From an uncultured Methanoregulaceae archaeon (lineage in GTDB: Archaea; Halobacteriota; Methanomicrobia; Methanomicrobiales; Methanospirillaceae): 64,000 bases of DNA. Positions within the stretch are counted from its first letter, which is position 1. Every line of letters starts with the position of its first letter. Made by a program: the position numbers and the translations under genes. Positions 1 through 8,540 of this stretch are shown piece by piece. The DNA is taken from assembly GCA_963701095.1 (NCBI GenBank), contig OY969564.1, forward strand, positions 1,888,001 to 1,952,000. Direction: 5' to 3'. Under the pieces are notes generated by a model. That model ran no database searches. It worked only from the letters and a program-made list of their open reading frames with translations, and had not been told where the DNA came from.

Positions 1-2
1 CC

Positions 3-107
3 GCTAAAGAAGAGATCACCGTGGAGTTGTATGAGAGTGTTGTCCCAATCCCGATTACAGTGCGGGGCGATAACGTAAGAGTCGTTGATAAGATCAGCGA
101 CCGGTAA
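3..107 (+). CDS. spt5: Transcription elongation factor Spt5 (archaeal NusG), C-terminal KOW end; truncated by window edge
   Basis: Not in the ORF track. Manual translation from nt 3 gives [34 protein letters not shown], the typical archaeal Spt5 C-terminus; rpl11 lies downstream. Confidence 0.9.
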   Translation, partial: AKEEITVELYESVVPIPITVRGDNVRVVDKISDR

Positions 108-108
108 C

Positions 109-120
109 TTTTTTTTTCTT
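109..120 (+). terminator. Oligo-T archaeal terminator after spt5
   Basis: T9-C-TT immediately after the TAA stop. Confidence 0.65.
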
Positions 121-252
121 CACTGTTTGAAATTGCATGCCGGTAAATGTTCATCGTTGCCGGGATTATCATGCGCATCTTCCGACGCTTAAGGGAATCT
201 GAATCTCGCCTTTCTATCGTTATTGCTTACAGGCTAAAGGAAACTTGATAAC

Positions 253-292
253 TTATAACTCTCATATTACAAAATGTAATCTAAACATTACA
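253..292 (+). promoter_or_regulatory. TATA box (TTATAA, 253-258) followed by palindromic operator (ATTACA-AAA-TGTAAT 266-280; TGTAA-N8-TTACA 275-292)
   Basis: Read directly from sequence; inverted half-sites span the expected transcription start. Confidence 0.6.
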
Positions 293-342
293 AATATGGG
301 CCCCACCCCTGATCGTAAACTCATCTTATGGAGGTTATTTCT

Positions 343-774
343 ATGAAATTAACAAAGGCCACAATTATCTCGATCATAGTCGTTTCATTGGTCCTTGCAG
401 GTGTTCTTATAGCAGGATGCACGCAGGACAATACCAGCGCAGCTCCTACGGGGAGCACCCCGTCTTCGGCTACCAGCGGTTCACCTGGCGGAATGAACAA
501 CGGAAACGCGAGTTACGGGAACCACCCGAATTTTATGCAGAATTTGCTTAACAATGCTACGTTGCTCAACTCTGCAGCCAGCCAGTCTGGAGTATCTGAG
601 GAAGATCTTCAGAATGCTCTTACACCGGCAAGCGGAAACCGCCCGAACTTTACTGCAGCGGCACAGCAGCTCAATGTTACACCGCAGCAACTGAGGACGG
701 CTCTTGGGTTCCCCTCCGGGGGCTATCATGGGTATCGCAATACAACGATGGCGACACCCGGTTCAGGACAATAG
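343..774 (+). CDS. Secreted lipoprotein with two AAxQxxVxxxxLxxAL helical repeats
   Basis: GGAGGT RBS at 330 favours ATG 343; hydrophobic signal ending in IAG-C lipobox; low-complexity linker. Confidence 0.75.
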   Translation: MKLTKATIISIIVVSLVLAGVLIAGCTQDNTSAAPTGSTPSSATSGSPGGMNNGNASYGNHPNFMQNLLNNATLLNSAASQSGVSEEDLQNALTPASGNRPNFTAAAQQLNVTPQQLRTALGFPSGGYHGYRNTTMATPGSGQ

Positions 775-868
775 ATCTTTTTTTCACGGTCGTTACTGTT
801 TTCGAAAATCAAGTCAATACCTTTATTATTGTTATCCTCTGATTCCCATCCTATAGGAGTAGTCGGAT

Positions 869-1537
869 ATGAAAGTCATTGGTGTGAACGCAAGCCCTAA
901 AGGAAAGGACAGTAACACTCTCAAACTGGTAAACGCCGTCCTTGAAGGGGCAAAAGAAGAGGGTGCAGAGACAGAATACATCGATCTATACACATTGCGT
1001 ATCGAGTATTGTACTGCCTGCGGAACATGCTATGCAACTGGAGAGTGTACCCTTCTTGATGACTTTTCCGATATTTTTGACCGGATGATGAATGCAGAGG
1101 GAATAGTGCTTGGTGCCCCCAATTACATTGATTCTGTTCCGGCACCGATGAAAGCCCTGTTCGACCGCATGGCTGATGCCATCCATTGCCAGATGTTGAC
1201 TGGCAAATTCGGGTGTTCTGTGTGTACAGCGGGCGGAAGCGGAGAATCTGAGGTTGTGGGTTATATGAACAAAGTCCTTTCAACGCTCGGCGCAAACGTC
1301 GTTGGAAGTGTCGGTGTTGCAATTGGGAGGGATCCCACAGCGCTTGGAAAAGCTGAAGAAGGGGCTCGAATATTAGGTAAATCGCTTGTCCGATCGATCC
1401 GGGGGGAACTCGTGTATCCCGATCAGGATGAGGTTCACCGGCAAAAAAGGGAATATTTCTGCCAGCTGGTAAAGTACAACAAAGACAGGTTTGCCCACGA
1501 GTACGAGTGGTATGTTCAGATGGGCTGGATGAAGTAA
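869..1537 (+). CDS. Flavodoxin family / iron-sulfur flavoprotein (Isf-like, NADPH-dependent FMN reductase fold)
   Basis: N-terminal GVNASPKGKDSNT FMN-binding loop; CxxCxxCxxxxxC motif (CTACGTCYATGEC); GAPNY. Confidence 0.88.
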   Translation: MKVIGVNASPKGKDSNTLKLVNAVLEGAKEEGAETEYIDLYTLRIEYCTACGTCYATGECTLLDDFSDIFDRMMNAEGIVLGAPNYIDSVPAPMKALFDRMADAIHCQMLTGKFGCSVCTAGGSGESEVVGYMNKVLSTLGANVVGSVGVAIGRDPTALGKAEEGARILGKSLVRSIRGELVYPDQDEVHRQKREYFCQLVKYNKDRFAHEYEWYVQMGWMK

Positions 1538-1556
1538 ATCCCGGGTGGAAAAGGCA

Positions 1557-2396
1557 ATGAAAAGTATCACGGCCGAAAAACTCGGGCTTATATATGAACC
1601 TGTGGCCATCCTTTGGAGTAATACAAAACCCGAAGGAGCATTGCAAATAAAACCCCGCGGGCAGACCTGCATCATGCCTTTTTTTGCTCAGGTTGCAACG
1701 AAGGGAAAGACTGCTGTTTTCGACCGGGAAAGCTACGGCTGTCCGGGTGCCTGTGCGGGTCTTGGTTTTGGTAACGGATACTATGATGCCTTTGGTGGTG
1801 CCGGTGTAGATTTTATGTCAGCTTTTTTTGTGAAAGGTGCTCAGTCCAGCAAGGACCCGACTGCATATTGTGCGATCGTAAATCATATTCCCGAACGGGA
1901 GCGGGAGAAATTTATCCATGGCGAACGCCTCCACAAAGATACGGAAAAAGCGAAACGGTTCATGACCGCTGATCTGCCAATAACGGACATTGCCGAAAGA
2001 TATGTAATTTTCACACCTTTGGGAAAAGTTATGTCAGGAGAGCTGCCGGTAGTCGTTGTTTTTGTGGCAGATCCTCTTCAGATAACCGGTCTTGTAACGC
2101 TTGTCGGGGCTGTACGTGAAGGAACAGACCCCGTGAGGGTCCCTCCTATGGCTGCCTGTCAGCAAATTGGCGCATTTGCGTATGATGAAGCAAAAAAGGA
2201 ACATCCCCGGGCAGTCCTTGGATATACCGATCTTGCGGCACGGGCGAATGTTGGAAAAACCATTCCAGAAAACATGTTTACTTTTGCCGTCCCTTTCTCG
2301 CTTTTTCTTGAGATGGAACAAGAGGCAAAAGATGGCGTATTTGACGGCCCTATTTGGAAAGGACTCGAAGCGAAAAAGGAAGGAGCATCCTCATGA
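1557..2396 (+). CDS. DUF169 family protein
   Basis: EPVAI...C...GCPGA-GLGF and CQQI...PRAVLG..D..AR patterns typical of DUF169. Confidence 0.75.
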   Translation: MKSITAEKLGLIYEPVAILWSNTKPEGALQIKPRGQTCIMPFFAQVATKGKTAVFDRESYGCPGACAGLGFGNGYYDAFGGAGVDFMSAFFVKGAQSSKDPTAYCAIVNHIPEREREKFIHGERLHKDTEKAKRFMTADLPITDIAERYVIFTPLGKVMSGELPVVVVFVADPLQITGLVTLVGAVREGTDPVRVPPMAACQQIGAFAYDEAKKEHPRAVLGYTDLAARANVGKTIPENMFTFAVPFSLFLEMEQEAKDGVFDGPIWKGLEAKKEGASS

Positions 2397-3163
2397 CGAC
2401 AGCAGATTTCAGGGAGATCGGATCGAAGCTGATATCTGCGTTCAGGCTTTCAACCCGTCCTTTGGCGGTTTACGGATCAGAAATCCTGCCTGCAGGCATC
2501 CCTCCGATGGCCGGGGTGAACCGATGTTTTGCAGTTTCCCTGTTTAGAATGGCTACGGGAAATGAAGTGTCGGGAATCTATGTGAGCGCCGATACAAGCG
2601 AGGGTTGCTGCCTCGGTGGGCTCTATCATGTGGGATATATCCCGGTCCCCGAAGATATCAAATATTTTGTCTCGACTGGAAAGAAGGATGTTCGTGGAGG
2701 AGCAGCAGAGTATTTGAAGGCGAGTCCGGATCTTGTCGAGCGTTGTACGATGGCGGCAGGGCCGATCCACCCTCCGGGAAAATACCTTGTTGTCCAGGCA
2801 TGCGACGCACTTCCTGATTCCCTACATGAGATAAATTCTATCTGTTGCTTTGGTAATGGTGAACAGATCCGGAATATGGCAGCACTCATTCATTTTGATC
2901 AAAGCGACCCGTTCTCACCGGTAATTGTTCCCTGGGGGTCATCCTGTTCAACATTTATAACATTCCCGGCGGGCCTCGCTGAAAATACACCCCCTGATAC
3001 GGCATTCATGGGGCCGCAGGATCCTACGCAGAACCATTCTCTTCCCCCGGATATGATGGTGCTCGGGATCCCAGCGGACATGGCTGTACGTATGATAAAT
3101 AATCTCGAAACGTCGTTCGTTACCCGGAGACCTATGGTGGCATTTCCCCGCCATGTAAAGTAG
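2393..3163 (+). CDS. DUF169 family protein (second, divergent paralog)
   Basis: ATGA overlap with the upstream gene; RPLAVY, RCF, CCLGG, PWGSSC, GPQDPT motifs. Confidence 0.72.
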   Translation: MTTADFREIGSKLISAFRLSTRPLAVYGSEILPAGIPPMAGVNRCFAVSLFRMATGNEVSGIYVSADTSEGCCLGGLYHVGYIPVPEDIKYFVSTGKKDVRGGAAEYLKASPDLVERCTMAAGPIHPPGKYLVVQACDALPDSLHEINSICCFGNGEQIRNMAALIHFDQSDPFSPVIVPWGSSCSTFITFPAGLAENTPPDTAFMGPQDPTQNHSLPPDMMVLGIPADMAVRMINNLETSFVTRRPMVAFPRHVK

Positions 3164-3270
3164 TAACGCCGGTAGGCTATCTCCTTTCGGTGATTATCAT
3201 TCGATCAAAACTCAAGGTATCCCTAGCCCTCGTAAGACAAATTGAAGGGTTTCACTCTTTTTGAAATAGA

Positions 3271-3903
3271 TTAGCGCCGGTTAGTCAGCAGGTACACTAC
3301 ACAATGCGGGCCAGACCTGCTGGCGACTTGGATTGTTTTTAATTCACGAATACTAAAAAAAGGAGAGACCAGGTCTCTTATTTCTGATTCCGATGAGAAA
3401 TAAAGCGTTGTCCCAATACGGGTCGAACGGTATTTTCCGGTTCCGCCGAATTGGGGGTCGCTCTCGGCAAAGCAGACCGAAAAGTAGGTTGCTCCCGGTC
3501 GTGTGATCCGGTGCACATTTCTGATATAGGTTTCCCGGTCCTCCGGGAATATATGATGCAGAAATTCCCAGTCATACGCAAAGTCAAAAGTTTCGGTAAC
3601 TTCATACAGGTCACCGAGAAGATCCGCAACGATAAACCTACAGGTTGATCCTTTATGTTTTGCATGCTCTGTCGCGATCTTTATTGCGGTAGGAGAATTG
3701 TCAACACCGGTGACCTCGAACCCGAGGCCGGCTAAGTAGATCGCATAGTTGCCAGCACCGCACCCGAGGTCAATAGTTTTGCAGGGCTGAACAATACCGT
3801 TTTGAACAAGTCCGACAAGTGTATCTGGAGGCGTCTCGCTGTTCCAGGGAATACTCCCCAGAGGAAGCGTCTGGTAAATCCGATCAATGTTGTCGTATTT
3901 CAT
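3271..3903 (-). CDS. Class I SAM-dependent methyltransferase (TPMT/TehB-like)
   Basis: IPW N-terminal motif; IDLGCGAG motif I; VTGVD; FDFAYDWEFLHH. Confidence 0.88.
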   Translation of the reverse strand: MKYDNIDRIYQTLPLGSIPWNSETPPDTLVGLVQNGIVQPCKTIDLGCGAGNYAIYLAGLGFEVTGVDNSPTAIKIATEHAKHKGSTCRFIVADLLGDLYEVTETFDFAYDWEFLHHIFPEDRETYIRNVHRITRPGATYFSVCFAESDPQFGGTGKYRSTRIGTTLYFSSESEIRDLVSPFFSIRELKTIQVASRSGPHCVVYLLTNRR

Positions 3904-3973
3904 GTATCCCTTTTCTTGGAATGATATGTTAGGAGAGGTTTCAATGTTTTCCTGCTCACAAGAACTGTAAACA

Positions 3974-4014
3974 TTATAGTCCTTTACGATCCACTTTGTA
4001 ACCTGTATTTTACA
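3974..4014 (+). promoter_or_regulatory. TATA-like box (TTATAG, 3974-3979) plus TGTAA-N8-TTACA palindrome (3997-4014) upstream of the MFS gene
   Basis: Same palindrome and nearly the same TATA spacing as at 253-292. Confidence 0.55.
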
Positions 4015-4057
4015 CGATCATCAAAACACCCGGAATGAACCGGGGCAGCATGATACC

Positions 4058-5832
4058 ATGAAAACAACCCCGATTCCAGAAACCGGAACAGTATCCGCTA
4101 AAAAAGGCATTGATTACAAGTGGATCGTTCTCTCAATCACAACCATCGAGATGTTTATGGTCTCGGTAAATGGAAGCATAACCCTTATCTCGCTTCCTGC
4201 GATATTCAATGGCATCAATATCGACCCGCTGAGTTCCTTTCAGTACCTTATCTGGGTGCTTATGGGATACAGTCTCGTCACTGCCACTCTGCTCCTTTCC
4301 TGCGGCCGGCTCTCGGACATGTATGGGAGGGTGAAGCTCTACAACATTGGTTTTGCTATTTTTACATTGGGATCCATCCTGCTTTTTCTTACTCCGGACA
4401 AAGGCAGCGCTGGCGCCCTTGAGATCATTGCGTTCCGTCTCGTCCAGGCCGTAGGGGCATCGTTTACTTTCTCCAATAGTGCTGCCATCCTTACCGATGC
4501 ATTCCCACCAGATGAACGGGGAAAGGCTCTTGGTCTTAACACCATCGCCTTTTTGTCAGGTCAGTTCGTAGGCCTGATCCTCGGCGGTATACTTGCCTTT
4601 TACAATTGGAGGTACGTATTTCTTGTCAGCGTCCCGGTAGGAATTCTTGGGACTATCTGGGCATACTTCAAACTCAAGGAAACGCCACTTCCCAAACGGG
4701 CACGGAAGATCGACATTTGGGGAAACATCACCTTTGTTGCAGGGCTTACGATTCTTCTTATCGGTATAACATATGCACTTCTTCCCTATGGCAATGCCTC
4801 TATGGGATGGGGAGATCCTTGGGTTATATCCGCTATAATAGGAGGAATTCTGCTCCTCGCCGCATTCCCCCTTATTGAGAGCAGAGTCGAGGATCCGATG
4901 TTCCGTCTGAACCTTTTTAAAATCAGGGTCTTCTCTCTTGCAAATACTGCAGGGTTCCTGAGCGCGCTTGCCCGCGGTGGCATGATGTTTATCCTGATTC
5001 TGATGCTGCAGGGCATCTGGCTGCCGCTTCATGGTTACAGCTATGAATCGACTCCATTCTGGGCCGGGATATTCATGCTGCCGCTCACCGCAGGTTTTGT
5101 TATTATGGGCCCCCTTTCCGGCTGGCTCTCTGACAAATATGGTTCCCGTTGGTTTGCCACGTCAGGGCTGCTTCTCATAGCTCTCTCGTTCATGATGCTT
5201 GCTGCACTGCCTTACAATTTCGAGTATCCGATTTTTGCCATCGCGCTTCTTGTAATGGGTATCGGCAATGGTATGTTCGGGTCACCTAATGTTGCAGCTA
5301 TCATGAACTCAGTCCCCCGGAAGACCGGGGCGTTGCATCAGGAATGCGATCTATGTTACAGAACAGCGGGATGGTTATTTCCATGGCCCTGTTTTTTACC
5401 ATCGTTATCGTGAGCTTAACCCAGCTCTTTCCACCAGAACTCGCTACATCCCTTACATCAGCAGGAGCCGCCGGTCTCATCGGTCCCATGAGTTCAATAC
5501 CCCCGACCGGGGCTTTGTTTGCAGCATTCCTTGGCTATAATCCGGTGCATACGATTCTTGTCACACTCCCCCAAACAGTTGTCGCAGCTATAAGCCCGGC
5601 AACTATTGCAACCCTGACCGGCACAACATGGTTCCCGACTACACTTGCGTATGCCTTTATGCCCTCGGTCCGGATCTCGTTTTATATCGGCGCCCTGCTC
5701 TCTGTTATCGCCGCAGCATTGTCCGCAATGACCGGGTCGCGGTTCGTTCACGAGATGCACATGAAACGTGAAGGAAAAACGGAAGAATCTCCGGAAATCG
5801 TGGAAGATACAAGTCTGGATATTACCGGATAA
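4058..5832 (+). CDS. MFS drug:H+ antiporter (DHA2/EmrB-like); split by a 1-nt deletion in the C-run at 5314-5318
   Basis: GRLSDMYGR motif A and many TM helices. ORFs 4058-5413 and 5344-5832 join as [20 protein letters not shown] if one C is added. Confidence 0.88.
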
Positions 5833-6079
5833 TCGATTGGTGCGCTCCCGAGCATAACTGGTTGCCGGAATCACTTGTGGTCGACCAGGTATCGTGGGAT
5901 GTTTTCCGGGGAATACGTTCCCGGAAAAAGGATAGGAAGATGATTCACAAATCCAGGATTAAGTCCCCGGTAAAACTGTGAAAATATTCCACCTACGATC
6001 ACCTTTATTTCCCATGACGTCAAATTTAACAGACCCAAGCTCGGAACCCGTTTATACGGGACGGCATGGTGCAAAGACT

Positions 6080-6556
6080 ATGGCAGAAGTGGTCGAGGTT
6101 TTAGTATCTGGCGGGAAGGCAACCGCAGGTCCGCCATTAGGACCCGCGCTCGGACCACTCGGTATCAACGTGAAGGCAGTAGTCGATGAGATCAACGCAA
6201 AGACCGCGACATTCAATGGAATGCAGGTCCCGGTCAAGGTCGAAGTCGACGACAAAAAGAAATTCACGGTCACGGTGGGTATCCCACCGACGACGGCTCT
6301 CATCAAGAAAGAGGCCAATATCGAGAAAGGATCCGCTGAGCCCAACGTCAAAGTGGCAGGAAACCTGCCATTCGAGGCCGCTGTCAGGATTGCCAAAATG
6401 AAACTCGAAGGCATGCTTTCCTACGAGCTTAAGACCGCTGTAAAAGAGGTCGTGGGCACGTGCGTAAGTATGGGAGTTACTGTTGATGGCAAGCGCCCCA
6501 AAGAAGTGCTCGCTGATATCGCAGCAGGCAAGTACGACAGCGTTCTTGTGAAATAA
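6080..6556 (+). CDS. rpl11: 50S ribosomal protein L11 (uL11)
   Basis: [28 protein letters not shown] signature; true start is ATG 6080 within the longer ORF. Confidence 0.97.
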   Translation: MAEVVEVLVSGGKATAGPPLGPALGPLGINVKAVVDEINAKTATFNGMQVPVKVEVDDKKKFTVTVGIPPTTALIKKEANIEKGSAEPNVKVAGNLPFEAAVRIAKMKLEGMLSYELKTAVKEVVGTCVSMGVTVDGKRPKEVLADIAAGKYDSVLVK

Positions 6557-6569
6557 CACAAGGAGAACA

Positions 6570-6605
6570 CCATAGGAGATCGAAGGGTTCGGTCGCAGAC
6601 TATGG
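6570..6605 (+). promoter_or_regulatory. Putative ribosomal protein L1 autoregulatory mRNA binding site
   Basis: CCAUAG-GAG-AUCGAA-ggg-UUCGGU-CGCAGA-CUAUGG: two helices around an asymmetric loop containing GGAG; overlaps the rpl1 SD (GGAGG 6604-6608). Confidence 0.75.
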
Positions 6606-6614
6606 AGGAATCTG

Positions 6615-7259
6615 ATGGTTGAAAGGGCCAAAATTCTGGAAGCCGTAAAAACGGCGATTGAAAAGGCGCCAAAACGGAAATTTTCCGAAAGCATCGATAT
6701 TACCATCAATCTCAAGAATATCGATATGGCGCAGCCGAAAAATCGTATCGATGAGACGATTCTTCTCCCGAACGGGACCGGCGAAAAGAACGGAATCTGT
6801 GTTATCGGGAAAGGAGACATCGTCACGCAGGCAAAGGATGCCAAGGTTGATCTGATCATCGGCCCTGAAGAGGTAGAACGGCTTGGAGGTGCTCCCCGTG
6901 AAGCACGGAGGGTCGCAAGTACCTACAAGTATTTCCTTGCCGAAACTGCGGTCATGCCGCAGGTCGGACGTTTCTTGGGCCCCCGGCTCGGTCCGCGAGG
7001 CAGGATGCCGATGCCGATTCCCGGGCAGACCGATATACGCCCGATTGTCGAACGTCTCCGGAACTCGGTGAAGATCCGTACCAAAGACAAGACGGTCTTC
7101 TCGACAAAGGTAGGGTCGACGGCAATGACGCCGGAGCAGGTCTCAGAGAATATCGATGCGGTCGTGAAGCGTATCGAATCTGTCCTCGAGCAGGGGCACC
7201 TGAATGTCCGCTCGATCTACGTCAAGACTACAATGGGTCCATCCGTGAGGCTGGTATAA
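6615..7259 (+). CDS. rpl1: 50S ribosomal protein L1 (uL1)
   Basis: KRKFSESIDITINLK, LGPRGRMP, YVKTTMGPSV motifs. Confidence 0.97.
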   Translation: MVERAKILEAVKTAIEKAPKRKFSESIDITINLKNIDMAQPKNRIDETILLPNGTGEKNGICVIGKGDIVTQAKDAKVDLIIGPEEVERLGGAPREARRVASTYKYFLAETAVMPQVGRFLGPRLGPRGRMPMPIPGQTDIRPIVERLRNSVKIRTKDKTVFSTKVGSTAMTPEQVSENIDAVVKRIESVLEQGHLNVRSIYVKTTMGPSVRLV

Positions 7260-8107
7260 TGGCACTCTATACCCACCACCTGCCCGCATGGAAAAAAGAC
7301 GAGGTCGCGGAGATCAAGAAGCACGCCAAGGAATACACTCTGATCGGGCTTGTCGACATGTACGGAATTCCCGCGCAGCAGGTGCAGCAAATCCGCAGAA
7401 ATCTCCGGGGAAAAGCGGTTATCAAGGTGACGAGGAATACCTTGATCGAACACGCTCTCAACGAGATTGGCGGGGACACAAAAGGTCTTGTAAAGTTCAT
7501 ATCGGGTCATTCCGCAGTAATCTTCTCCAATGATAACCCGTTCAAGCTGTACAAGCAGCTCGAGAAGACCAAGACCAAAATGGCCGCAAAGTCTGGCGAA
7601 ACTGCACCCGAAGACATAGTTATCGAGAAGGGTCCCACAAGCTTCAAGCCAGGCCCCATAGTCGGGGAACTCCAGCAGGCGGGTATTCCTGCGGCAATTG
7701 AAGGTGGTAAGGTCAAGATCCGCGAGACCAAGACCGTTGTCAAGAAAGGCGCGGTTATATCAGCAAAGCTCGCTGATGTGCTCGTCAAGCTTGACATCAA
7801 GCCGATGGACGTCGGACTTGCCCTCCAGGTAGCATTCCACGATGGCAGCATCTACGAGCCGTCCGTGCTTGCCGTAGACGAGACAAAGGTCCTCGCCCAG
7901 CTCCAACTTGCCGGCCAGCAGGCGTTTAATCTGTCAGTGAACGCAGCTATTCCGACAAAGGAGACCATGGCACCGATCCTGACAAAGGCAGTCAGGGAGG
8001 CTCGTGCATTAGCGATCGACGCGTCAGTCTACGAAAAAGACGTTATCGATGCGATTATTGGTAAAGCCGAGAGAGAAAGCCAGGCGATAAAAACCTTGGT
8101 AAAATAA
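7259..8107 (+). CDS. rpl10: 50S ribosomal protein L10 / P0 (uL10)
   Basis: PAWKKDEV, QQIRRNLRG, GPTSFKPGP motifs; operon position. Confidence 0.97.
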   Translation: MALYTHHLPAWKKDEVAEIKKHAKEYTLIGLVDMYGIPAQQVQQIRRNLRGKAVIKVTRNTLIEHALNEIGGDTKGLVKFISGHSAVIFSNDNPFKLYKQLEKTKTKMAAKSGETAPEDIVIEKGPTSFKPGPIVGELQQAGIPAAIEGGKVKIRETKTVVKKGAVISAKLADVLVKLDIKPMDVGLALQVAFHDGSIYEPSVLAVDETKVLAQLQLAGQQAFNLSVNAAIPTKETMAPILTKAVREARALAIDASVYEKDVIDAIIGKAERESQAIKTLVK

Positions 8108-8132
8108 AAAGAGTATTTGAGGTGAATTAAAG

Positions 8133-8444
8133 ATGGAGTATATCTATGCAGCACTTCTCCTGCACAAAGCAGGCAAGAAGATCGATGAGAACGGCGTCAA
8201 GGCAGTCCTTACCGCCGCAGGTGTAGCAGCAGACGAATCACGGATTAAGGCGCTTATTGCCGTCCTTGATGGCGTTAACATCGAAGAGGCAATCAGTAAG
8301 GCAGCCGCAGCACCTGTTGCCGTTGCCGCCGCAGCACCCGCTGCCGCCCATGCCGCAGCACCCGCCAAAGAAGAGCACAAGGAAGAAGACAAGAAAGCAG
8401 AAGAAGAGAGCGGCATGGCAGGGCTTGGCGCCCTGTTCGGCTAA
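8133..8444 (+). CDS. rpl12: 50S ribosomal protein L12 / P1 (stalk protein)
   Basis: [11 protein letters not shown] start, Ala-rich hinge, GLGALFG end. Confidence 0.97.
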   Translation: MEYIYAALLLHKAGKKIDENGVKAVLTAAGVAADESRIKALIAVLDGVNIEEAISKAAAAPVAVAAAAPAAAHAAAPAKEEHKEEDKKAEEESGMAGLGALFG

Positions 8445-8447
8445 ATC

Positions 8448-8455
8448 TTTTTTTT
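8448..8455 (+). terminator. Oligo-T terminator of the r-protein operon
   Basis: T8 run 3 nt after the rpl12 stop. Confidence 0.6.
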
Positions 8456-8540
8456 ATAAAATCATTATCCGTTGTTTATCGTTTCCGGGGCCGATCGTCA
8501 CGGTACCCGCTTGCCTTCTTGAATCTGAATTCAGGAAGAA

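Noticed and set aside
6047..6060. Second L1-binding site in the rpl11 leader (CCCGT-TTAT-ACGGG hairpin)
   Set aside because: It is a simple hairpin without the GGAG asymmetric loop.
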